Positions 21,393 to 34,461 of a stretch of DNA of 64,000 nucleotides are shown here, one piece after another. The notes under the pieces were generated by a model. That model saw nothing but the letters and a program-made list of their open reading frames with translations. It searched no databases and was not told the DNA's origin. The translations under genes and the position numbers were made by a program. The first letter of the stretch is position 1, and every line of letters starts with the position of its first letter. The stretch is from Azolla caroliniana (taxonomy: Eukaryota; Plantae; Polypodiophyta): assembly GCA_043228905.1 (NCBI GenBank), contig JBHGNT010000015.1, positions 10,292,001 through 10,356,000 of the forward strand, read 5' to 3'.

Positions 21393-24167
21393 ATCGCACA
21401 TCCGGATATTCGGCGCGATAGCGTACGTGCACATCCCCGACGAGAAGGATTAAAAGCTTGACCCGAAGTCGAAGAAATGTATCCTCGTAGGATATTCATT
21501 GGAGCAAAAGGGGTACAAGTGCTACAACCCCTCAACTTGAATATCTCGAGTAAGTCGAGACGTCGTTTTTGACGAGTCCGCATCCTGGTACGCACTAGAG
21601 ACAACTTCGCCTCCGCTCGACCCGGAATTTGCCGAACAAGAGATCGAGGATGAAGATCGCCCTACGTGCATGATCGAAGAAAGTCTGATCACGACCCGAC
21701 TGAGCAGACCACTAGAGCCTTTGAGCGATCAAAACACATCATGGCCTAGCCCGAAGATGGACAAAGGCAAGGCGAAAATGGCAGAATATGAAGACGATCA
21801 CTTCAACGACGATGAATCAACTCACTCACTCAATAGTGAGTTCGGCGGCTTTGATGTACCAATCAAAGCTAAGAAAGCCCTCATCTCTGCAAATGAAAAG
21901 CTCCGCCGATCCACTCGTGAAAAGAACCCCGTAAGCCGATTCGGCTACAACGATTATATGGCATACCATTACGCCTTTATGATGAAGGTAGTGATAGTAC
22001 GGGAGCCGTAAACCTTTTCGGAAGCCGCGAAGGACCCGCGATGGATCGAAGCAATGAACGAGGAGATGCAGGCACTACGGAAGAACGAGACGTGGGATCT
22101 CGTTCCCACCTCACCACACAAAAAGGCGATCGGATGCAGATGGATCTACAAGGTGAAGTATAACGCCGATGGCTCCGTAAACCGCTACAAAGCTCGACTC
22201 GTAGCGAAGGGATACGCTCAGACGCATGGCGTCGACTACGAAGAGACCTTTGCCCCGGTGGCAAAGATGACGACGGTGCGGACCGTAATTGTGATTGTCG
22301 AAAGGGTGGCACCTCCATCAAATGGACATCAAAAACGCCTTTCTACAAGGCGAATTAGAAGAGGAGGTGTACATGATCCAACCACCCGGCTTCAACTCGA
22401 GCACCCATCCGAAAGCGGTTTGCCGACTCAACAAGCCACTCTACAGCTTCAAGCAAGCACCGCGTGCTTCGCATTCGAAGATAACGCAATATCTTCATCA
22501 AATCGGCTTCCGTATGTCAAAATCGGACAACTCCCTCTACATACGAAGCGATTCCGCAAGTCCGATCGTCATCATTTTATATGTGGATGACCTAGTCATT
22601 GGAGGTGAGCATTTTGTCGAAATTAATAAACTCAAATCCCTCCTTTCCGACAAGTTCGAGATGACGGACATGAAGGAGCTCCACTACTTCCTCGGCATCG
22701 AGGTAATTCGGACTCCGGCCGGAATCATGATCTCTCAACGGCACTACATCCTCAACTTACTATACAAGTTCGGGATGGCTGAATGCAAATCCACGGCAAC
22801 CCTGCTCGATCGCAATCTCAAACTGGATGCGAACTCTGGCACCAAAGTGTGTGAGCTGACTCAGTATCGGCAACTCATCGAGAGTCTCATCTACCTCACG
22901 ATCACTCGACCCAATCTCAGTTATCAAGTCGGTCTCCTTAGCCAATTCATGCAAACACCGCGTGATACTCACTTGGATTGTGCTAAGCGAGTTCTACGAT
23001 ACATGAGCGGCACAATGGATTGCGGCATCCTCTACAAGACCACGATGCCAATACGACTCAAGGGGTACACAGACACTGATTGGGCCGGCTACAAAGCCGA
23101 TAGAAGATCAACCTCCGGATTTGTTTTCTCCCTCGGCAACGGAGCAATATCCTGGAGTAGCAAGAAGTAGCCTACCGTCGCTCTTTCAAGTACGGAGGCG
23201 GAATACAGGGGCGCAGCCATAGTTGCATGTGAATCTGTATGGCTCAAGAGGATTTTGAAGGATCTGGGCGTACCCATCGAGGATCCGACTTCCCTTTACT
23301 GCGACAACATGAGCAGTATCTATCTGGCTCGGAACCCAGTGTTCCACGCGCAGACAAAGCACATCGAAGTGCACTATCACTTCATCCGAGAGCGCGTTCT
23401 AGCTGGCGATGTCGACCTACAACACATTAGCACCAATCTTCAAACGGCCAACATCTTCACTAAAGCCTTAGAAGCCGACAAGCTATGGCAATTCATGACC
23501 GATCTCGGATAGACGATCCCTGAACTGCCACGCTTGAGGGGGAGTACTGAAGACACTACGCAATAACGCGTGGATTATGCAACAATGCAACAGACCCGCG
23601 AAGAAAGACGCAAGCCAAAGCACAGACTTCGCAACTACGCACAACGCAAGCTGGAGCATGGAATCCGCAGCTCCGCATAAAGCGAGTCGACACGAGTCGA
23701 CGCGAACTCCGGAACGCGAGTCGAAGCAGATTTCAAATACCGTCTGAAACCGACCCGACTTGAGCTTGAGGGGGCTTATTGAGAATCAAGCTCAACTTGG
23801 TCTAGTGTGTGAACTCACCTTGAGAGTGAATAGACACTCCAACGGTCAAGAGTCACCATTAAGTCACCTCTTTGTATTCTAGCATTTAGTATGAGTCATA
23901 GAATCATATTTTATGACACATAACTTATGAGCTTTCACATTCCCCATGCTCCATGAGCCTTGTAGTTAACGAAGAGAGAGGGTGACTATATAAAGCACCC
24001 TCCTCCCACCTTGTATTATGTTGAGTCTTTCTCCTTTGTCAATATACTTTTACCTTGCGTATTCCTTGTCTCTCACTCTCTCACTCACTCTCTCTCTCTC
24101 TCTCTCATACACACACATAACTCATATCTCTTCCGCTTCACAAGACTCCATCTCTTGATTCTTTACA
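21393..24167 (+). mobile_element. Ty1/Copia 3' half (integrase C-terminus, RT, RNase H, PPT, 3' LTR ~23777-24167), decayed
   Basis: IFG..AYVHIP..KLDPKS..GY integrase tail; YKARLVAKGY, QMDIKNAFLQG and LYVDD RT; YCDN..TKHIEVHYHFIRE RNase H; TTGAGGGGG tracts at ~23533 and ~23766. Confidence 0.9.
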
Positions 24168-26164
24168 GTTCTTCCACCACGAGTATTTGGACGTCAAACA
24201 AAAGTTTGGTGTGAAGCTACATCCAGACCTACAACGTCAATGCTTGCATGAAGTCGGCATTGTGGTAGATGATAATGTTAAGTCTGATGGTCTTCGAAAA
24301 TATGAGTCTTGGTTTCAACTGGCCTTTAGAGATGGAGAAGTATGGGACCTACAAGATCAAATCTTCTCAATGTGGGAGAATAAGGAGGTCTAGGGTCAAC
24401 GACAAAAGAAATGTAAGGTAGACCCTCAACTAGAATTAAAGTCACAAGCGGCCAAGAAAATTGATTTGACAATTGAAGAAGCGGCTGACGACATGAAGTT
24501 GTCTCTGTGGAGAGCGATGCAAGGTATTAAGGACGAGCAGCTTCTTGTGTCTGTTTTGTCAAGGGTTGTGGCCAAAGATTTAAGCCTTGAAGAAATGGTC
24601 ATTGAGTTCAATAAGTAAGTCTTTCAAATAGTGATATTGAAGTCAACATGGTGCAATTGAAACTTCTAATCTCGTTTTCTAATTTCATAGTCATAAGGTG
24701 TACATGAAGATCCAAGAAGTTATGATGAAACAACTTGGATGTATAACTTGGGAACAAGTGACCGAGGATTATCCTCTAACGTCTTCATATAAGGCATTAT
24801 CAGAGTATTTTATTGCATTCAAGGATTGGGTTAGTATTGGTGGTTTTTCATTAAGCTTTCATCATATGTAGAGCTTGTATAATAAAACTTGATGTCCTAT
24901 TGCTTCTATTAGAAACTGTGTCGTGGCAAGAAACAAGGAGAAGTTAAGGATATACACGATTTCCCAATATCCTTCCTTGCACATCTCGAGAGAGCCAGAA
25001 AAGAAAAGGAAGATGGCTCCTTCAAAAAATTTAGCCACAAAAAAGATATTATGAGAGATCTTTACTACAATGTGGTTTGCGGCGATGTCGTTGACATGAT
25101 CCAAAAAGGGCCAAAGAAGGAATATATGCTAATGATTGCGGATATTCCTTACGGATTTCGAATGGCAGGGTCATCATACGACGATGAACCATACAATTGG
25201 AGAAGATGGTCAAGGATTTTGGTGAGCTAACGACTGCATCCTTGTGGAGAATAGTTGTCTTTCATAGTATGGACCAAGGGTACTCAGTAGCTCAAGCTTT
25301 GAGATCTCGTTGCCATGGCATCGAGAACCTTGCATGGTAAGGATTAATTATAGGTCTCATTCACTATATTTCCTTTCTTAAGATTGTTCAATCTATTCTT
25401 AACTCAATGTAATATTTGTTATAGGATAAAAACCAATGTAAATAGAGGGTCAACCTTTCGATTCATTAATGCCATTGAATACATCATGGTTGGCTACTTC
25501 GATGAAATTAAGAAACAAAGAATCAAGGAGCATTCTAAAGAAGTGGGAGGTTCAAATCTGCTGGTATATCCAGTAGTGACACGGAAATTGCGACATGTAA
25601 CCACAACAAAACGGGGACTTGTCAACCCATACCAAAAACCTCAACGACTTATGATGCGCGCACTTGATCGAGCTGTTTTCTGTCGAAGGAGACTGGATAT
25701 TATACCTCTTTTCTGGCACAAGTATTCCTCGAACTAGGGTAACGATCTTGAGATAACCAATACTAAATCTTTTTGTTTGAGAACTATTTCTTCTTGTTAC
25801 TTTCTTCACAGGAACGATGTTTGCATGTGCATTGAAGCTCTTTAGAAACACAATTTCATTGGAGAAGGACGAGGAGCGGGTTATATTCATAAACATGAGG
25901 ATTAAGGCTTTGTGGGAGTGCCCAGACCAGGACAAGGAGGTCGGTGCAAAGAACCTTGCTGATACTGAAAGGTTTCAACCTGCTTCGCGAGAGCCTATTC
26001 CTTCGTTAGCCGAGGAACTAGGGGAGCTAATAGAGCTTGATGATGAGCTTATAGAAGATATTTCGTTGGCTCGGCTAATAGGGGAAGCCAATGCATGTAT
26101 AGCCAAAGAGACCTCTATACAGGATGATAAAGAAAATGACATTGAAGATTTGATTGCTATGTAA
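24168..26164 (+). pseudogene. Intron-containing beta-class N6-adenine/N4-cytosine DNA methyltransferase-like pseudogene, cut at its 5' side by the Copia
   Basis: Manual translation: VVCGDVVDMI..MLMIADIPYG (DIPY at 25141-25152), LAW|IK..EYIMV, NPYQKPQRLM, LIELFSVEGDWILYLFSGT|xTMFACALKLFRNTISLEKDE..RI. GT-AG introns at 25337-25424 and 25722-25811. Confidence 0.8.
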
Positions 26165-26873
26165 TAGACTCTTTTAAAAACACGAAATGTATTGTTTGGA
26201 TTTCACATTATTAATACAAATTTTGGGTTTTACTTGGTGGATTCTATTCTTTATAATCTTCTATATGTTTCAATTTTATTTTTATATACATGGTTAGTAG
26301 ACTTATGACATTGGTTTTACCGCGTGCATTGCTGACTACCAAATTTATGGAGAAACATGAATTAGTTTAAATTGAGGTTGATTTTGGTCAAAGTTTACCT
26401 TAACATAACATGGTTGTAGAATTGTTGCCATGACTGTCCATGTTGTTATTATGGATCTTTGTCTTCTATTGTTAAAACTATTATGTTTCTCTTCCATTGC
26501 TGCTTAGGTTGTGTAGTGTGTTGATAATGGTTCCACTAGCGTTATCCGCATGTTTTTATACGCTTGTAGTTCCACTAGCGTTATTATTCGGAGTTTGATT
26601 CCGTGTGTATCACCTAAGCAATAGATTAGATCAATTTTGAATACAAGTATGAAAGCCTTAATAGGTTTGTTATTTCCACAACATTATCCTAAAGTTCATT
26701 GTCTTACATTGTCCACAATTATATACATATGGTTTGATCCCATACGAATAAACTAAAAAATAGATTAGATCAACTTTAAATACAAGTATTAAATACTTTA
26801 ATAAGTTAGTTATTCCAATCACATTATCCTAAAGTGCACTATTCTACATTGTCCAAAATTATATACATGCAAG

Positions 26874-26993
26874 CATAGATTGACCCATGCGTAAAATTCG
26901 TTATATTCGACATTCGTAATATTCGTAAAATTCGAGAATAAAAAATGACCCCAAGAATATTATAGAACCATTCTTTTATTTATTTATTATTTA

Positions 26994-27034
<41 letters not shown>

Positions 27035-27850
27035 AAAATATTATTAGTCTAAGGTCCCCTTTTTAATGTCAAGAGAGTAAAAAGTGGGGAATTAATGAAC
27101 CTTTTTTTTTTTTAAATAAAATAAATACTTTAAAGTTTTTCATCTATTATAATAATATTATTAGTGTGAGGTCCCCTTTTTAACATGAGATAAAAATATA
27201 AAATTTTGTGAGAACCTTTTATTTATTCTATTTATTTACATATATTTTATTTATTTTTTGTTTTATTAAAAATTAAAACATATACATATAAGTTTGATAA
27301 ATATTATAAAAATATTATTAGTGTGAGTTCCCATTTTTAATGCGAAATAAAAATATAAATTTATGGGAACCTTTTATTTAGTTAATTTATTTACATTTAT
27401 TTATTTATTTTTCGTTTCATTAAAAAATAAAAAAAATACATTTAAGTTTTATATATATTATAAAAATATTATTAGTATGAGGTTCCCTTTTAATAACAGA
27501 TAAAAATATCAATTTTTGTGGGAGAGTAAAGTGGGAAATTAATGAACCTTTTATTTATTTTTTATTATTTTTTTATATTTATTAAAAATAAAACAAATAC
27601 ATTTAAGTTTTAAGTTTTCCATTTATTATATAAACATATTATTTAGTGTAAGCCTCCTTTTTAATGTCAAGTTAAATATCCCATATTTAATGTGAAAGTC
27701 TCTTTGTTATATGATATATATATTAAAAACTAAAAAGTAGGAACTCTTTTTTTTTCTTTCTTTTTTAACTAATATTTTTTCATGTATTCTTATGTGTATT
27801 CGTATGTATTCGTATGGTAACCCCCACGAATGTGAATATGTCAATCTATG
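26874..27850. mobile_element. Non-autonomous hAT-type element (MITE)
   Basis: TIR CATAGATTGAC/GTCAATCTATG; 8-bp TSD CATGCAAG/CATGCAAT; subterminal ATTCGT motifs; internal AT-rich repeats (ATATTATTAGTGTGAGG..CCC). Confidence 0.78.
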
Positions 27851-29929
27851 CATGCAATTATGGGTCAAAGTATAAATTATAACTCATTTTATTACTATGG
27901 TTACAAGTACACCTCATATTTTTGTAAAACTTACCAAATTAATATAATTCTTTAACTTAATGTTTCCCATGTCGCACATTAGTGACATATTGAGCCATTG
28001 TTGACCTTTATTATGCCTACATTAACTTATCAACACGTCCAAACTTGCATGATTTCTAATGATCTCCACTCGTAGACCTATCATGTATTTTTATATTTAC
28101 AAATTCTAATCAAGTTGTGGACCATGTGATACTAGTGCATCCAACCTTTGTAGAGAGTTTATATTTGGAAAGTTTCAAGAAGATTCTACAAGTGGAATGC
28201 GCAATCCTTCCACTTGTGAAAGCGAACTTGTTCATTCTATATCCTATCTTGTTGATCACTATTTATCTATTTCTACTCTTTCGTCTCTTTCGTCCAAAAT
28301 CCCGTCGATTCCTTCCTCACTTTCACGTTATCTTCTGTCTACACAACGCTACGCTTCTAAGCGAGCCACGCCACGACACAATTTGGTGAACCCGACGTGA
28401 AACGGGGAAGTAGAAGAGACAATGTCTAAAGTAAAGATCAACATCAACATACCAAGTAGTACAATGGATCTGGTAAGGTTGTTTATTGAAAAATTGAATC
28501 AAGATCAATTATTTCATGCCTTACGAGAAGTTTGAGAGAAGATTGGTGTGTTTCATGGCACAAATATTTCAAAGTATGTCAATATATATTATGATGAAAT
28601 GGAAATGTCTGGTGTGAATGATGTCAATATGATAGCAAAATTTTATAAATTAGTGGACATGGAATTAAGTGATAGAATTCGTGAAATACAAGCACTGCAT
28701 AGTTCGTGAGGATTTCTCTTGAGTTACTATGCATTCATTCCATGAATGGGTCCTAAAAGAAAATAAAGGATTATCTGTGGCTGACTCGACAAAGAGTTTG
28801 ATAGATTGTATGTACACGTAAAGCCAGAAGAAAGAAATTCTTTGTCTTGGCAAAAGGTTGCTTTATTTTTGCGGGCAATTGACAAGAGATATAGAAAAAA
28901 ATTGGAATTTATGCTTGAAGTACCAAATATCGAGGACTATATAACTGCAAATTGGAATGAGGTAACAAATGCTTGTAATAAATTTATGAAAAGAATGCAA
29001 AGGAATGGTGCAATGCTACAAATACCACATGTGCGAATCACAAATCGGCTTGAGCAAAACATCGAAGTTCAAAGACTTGGACGTGAACCATCACACAAAA
29101 TGGTCCATCAACCATGAGAAATGATTGAAACTAAGAGTGAGTCTTGAGAATGATTTAACAATTAAAGTGGCAAATCTTGAGAATGGTCAAACTTCAAGGT
29201 CAAGGGAACCATTTAGACCTCGAACATTTACTTAACTGAAACTAGAAGTCCACTTACAAAGAACTTTGGTGATGGTGGTGTTAAGGTTAAGTTTGATGAA
29301 GCTGAAGCAAAGAAGGCTTCTGGAATGTTCTCAGCAACGGTAGGAATGCGTCTCGATGACACGCAATACCGATCATCATTCTGGGAGAAGGTTGTAAGTT
29401 CCGCACAAAAGCAAAAGTTGAAGATGGAAGAACTTCGTGTTGTCGGAGATTCTGTAAGGAAAAACACTGAATCAGATGTTCTAGTAGATGCTATGACAGT
29501 CTTTGCATAGATGGCAGAACACCAAGAGCATGAGGTGATCGTGGAAGAAAAAAGGAAAAGGTCGTATGATGAGATTGGCTCAACAAAAAAGCATGAAACA
29601 AGAGAAAGCAAAAGAAAGAGATGGATGCAAAAGTCGAAAATAAATCTGGTCCTTCATTCAAATTAATGTCTGATATTGAAAAGGATGCGTATTTAAAGAA
29701 AGTTTTAGAAACCAAAATACTAGACAGTCGAGTAGAATTTACACTAAGAGAAGTGTTAGGTATTGCAAAAAAAGGAATTTCATGATGAAATAATTGATAT
29801 TGTGCGAAGAAAGAAGCAAGTAAATGAGTAGGTTAAAGAGACAAACCCGAAGGAGGCATATGAAGTGCCCGGGGACTTCACTATCAAAACTTGTATAGCA
29901 CGTGAGTTCATCAAAAGGGGTTTTAATTA

Positions 29930-31119
29930 ATCAGAGAGATACAGAATATATATACATAAGGGTATTAATAAAGATTTGAAAATATATTTACATAAGGGTA
30001 ATGATTATGCTGGAAAAAAAAATACATAAGCCCATGAAATATTAAATATTTCAATGAGATAGTAAAGAATATATTATGCAAATAATACTCAAATTTGAAG
30101 TAGCATACATACATACATACATACATACATATACATGCAGGCATCCATATATACCTACATTCAAACATTACATCCATGAATATGTATATACATACATTAC
30201 ACCCATTTATACATGCATGTTGACTAAACATAAATATATGTACAAATATAAATTACCATATGTAAATATGTACATACACATACATACATACATGCATGCA
30301 TTACATACTACATACATATTAGAATTGGCCATATATATTGACATACATATATACATAATACATACACATCCTTACAAACATATTTTATATATTACGTATT
30401 ACACGCATTTATTATTATACACACAATTATATACAAATGCAAATATACAAACCAAACACACAAAAAAATAAATTCATATTATATATAGATATAGATATTA
30501 TATACACATACATACACATTCCATACATACAATACAATACAATATGTACATACATACACACACAAACATAATACACATCACACATGCATATATACCTACA
30601 TCCATGGACCATGAATATGTATATACATACATTACACTCATTTATACATGCATATTAACTAAACATAAATATATTGTGGTATCCCTTTCATGCAAGAGCA
30701 TGCATTTGAACACACCACTCTTTTAGCCACTCCCGTTTAGCGTCCCAAAATGGGTTCTTTGTACCTTCTATATATTGAATGATAAGTATGAAGCTAGCTA
30801 GACTGGTTTTGATCTCTTATGTGCATTTCACAATATGTACAAATATATATTACCATATGTAAATATGTACATACACATACATACATGCATTACATACTGC
30901 ACACAGATTAGAATCAACCATATATATTAACATACATATATATGTACATAATACATACAATAAAATTACATATTTCCCTGGCCAATCACATAGAGGTTTA
31001 AAATCTTGTAAATTGTTTATACTAATGACAAGATATCTTTTAAAAAAATAAAATAAAATTACATATTACATATTACATATATACATACAAAATACACAAA
31101 AATAAATTACATATTATAT

Positions 31120-31152
<33 letters not shown>

Positions 31153-31552
31153 TACCTAAGATTACATAATATATATATACAAATCTTCATACTTACAAAC
31201 AAGTTACATATATTACATATATATACAGGTGCGCACACACATAAATAAATTAGATATTACATAGCATATATATTACACTATATTCAAATTTACACATACA
31301 TAAATTACATATTATATACATATATAGATACATACATAGATATACATGTTACATATGTACATACATATTTGACATATCACCATATATATGTATAGATTAT
31401 ATTGGACCATACAAACCACAATACTTACATATATACATACATACACACACACACATTAGATATATGTATACTTACGTATGAATAAATTAGATATCTATTC
31501 TACATATCACCATATGTATAGATTATACTAGACCATACAAACCACAATACTT

Positions 31553-31583
<31 letters not shown>

Positions 31584-34440
31584 TTATATATATGTATACT
31601 TACATATGCATTGGATATATACATGCATATTACGTACATATTACAAACATACATCCATATACAAGCCATATACATATGTACTAAACATGAAAATATCCCA
31701 AAAATATACATACATAAATACATTACATATATACACGTACATACATTTACCTACATATGACCACATACACACACACACATACATACATACATTGGATATA
31801 TATACATACATATCATGCACATATTACAAACATATTCATACTCATTAAATCATGTATATTGACATATACATATATGCATACACATACATACATTACATAT
31901 GTACATACATATTCCACATATCACCATATGTATTACGAACATATGCCGACAATGTTATAAGTTTTACAAACATACATCCATACACATATATACATACATT
32001 ACATACATGCATACACATAAATATGTTACATACACATACATACATACATTACATATGTACATACATATCATCACAAACTACAATACATACATATATACAT
32101 ACACATACATAAATATTATGAACACACTCATGTATGCATACATTATTACACATACAAACATACATGCATTACATATTACATATATATACATATGTACATT
32201 CATGCATGTACATACATACATTTCATATGCATATATTACAATTACACATTCATATACATTGAATCATGTACATTGTCATATATATGCATACACCTATGTA
32301 CATTCGTACATGGACATACTTATATTCATTTATATTTGCTACTGTCTACATATACATGAATATTACAATCACACATCCATACACATTGAATCATGTACAT
32401 TGTCATATGGATATATACATACACATACATACATACATACATACATACATACATACATTACATATGGATATATGCATACACATATGTACATTCATAGATG
32501 GACATACATATCTTCATTTATACATTGCTACACATACATACACATATATACATAAGATATATACATAGATATTAAGCACATATTACAATCACACATCAAT
32601 ACACATTGAATCATGTACATTTGCATATGCATATATGCATACATATACATACATACATCACATATGCATATATGCATACATATATGTACATTCGTACATG
32701 AACATACATATAGTCTTTTATACATTGCTACATGTACATACACATATGTACATACATAAATATATTAGATATATACACACATACGTATATATATATATAC
32801 ACCTACATATAGTCTTCTATACATACACATACATTACATATGGATATATGCATACACATATGTACATTCATACATGGACATACATATATTCATTTATACA
32901 TTGCTACATATACATACACATATATATACATACATACATATTATGCACATATTACAATCATGCATCCATGTACATTTGCATATGCATATATGCATACACA
33001 TACATATAGTCTTTTATACATTGCTGCATGTACATACACATACATACATATTACAAACAAATATCCACACACACACATACAAATATACATACATTACATA
33101 TTACAATTTACATATGTACATTCATATATTCATTCATTCATGTTTATTCAGGCAAGCATACATATTTTATGCATACATTACATATATATATATATATATT
33201 CATTCATTCATTTATACATGCACACATTATGTGCACATACATACATAACATACATTCATACTAAACATAACATTCAAACATTCATGATTTTTTAATTTAG
33301 ATTTTTGCTCCCTCCTCCTTTGCTCCCTCCTCTTCTCTCCTCATTTCCGTCGTCGCCTCTTCTCCCCTTGTTGTTTCTGTCCTCGTTTTGCCACCTTTGT
33401 TCTCGTTTTGCCACCACCGCCACTCGCCTTGTTGTGCCGCTTTTGCTCACCATAATGCACACATACATAAACCAACACATAAATTCTTAGACACACACAC
33501 GTACATACATACAATAAACGAAATTAATACATTACAATACAATATGTACATACATACACACATACCTATATGCACATACATACATACACATGGAATACAA
33601 TACATAAACACACACACACATGTGTAGAATATACATACACATATGGACACTTGTATGGAACATACATACAATACAATATGTACACACATACATACATACA
33701 CATGGAAAACAATACAAATACATACATAAACGCACGCGCGCGCACACACACACCCACACACACACACGTGTAGAATATACATACACATATGGACACACAT
33801 ATATGTTGTATGGAACATACATACACACATACCTATATACACATATATACACTTACATACATACACATTTACACATATAACACATACATACAATACAATA
33901 TGTGCACACATACATACATACGCACACACACAAACATAACACACAACACACACATGAAATACATACAATAAATGCAATTAAATTAAATACAATACAATAT
34001 GTGCATACATACACACATACCTATATACACATATAACACATACATACATACACATATACACACATAACACAATATGTACATACACACACACACACACACA
34101 CACAAACATAACACACTTATACACATGCATACATTCACACACACAAACATAACACACAACAAACTTGCATACCACATACAAACATATATGATGTATGGAA
34201 CATACATACACACACACACAAACATAACACACAACACACATGCATACCACATACAAACATATATGATGTATGGAACATACATATACACACACAAACATAA
34301 CACACAACACACATGCATACCACATACAAACATATATGAAGTATGGATCATACATACACACACATCACACATGCATACCACATTCACAATGCTACATACA
34401 CACATATATATGATGTATGGTTGTATGAAAAGTGATAGGT
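29930..34440. repeat. ~4.5-kb ATAC/AC/AT low-complexity tract
   Basis: Degenerate CATA/CA/TA repeats, G-poor + strand, internal block duplications. Confidence 0.95.
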
Positions 34441-34461
34441 GGGCCATTATATGTGTAGATA

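Noticed and set aside
23533-23776. Two PPT-like tracts in the Copia
   Set aside because: One marks the RNase H end and one abuts the LTR; common in Copia, so not treated as novel.
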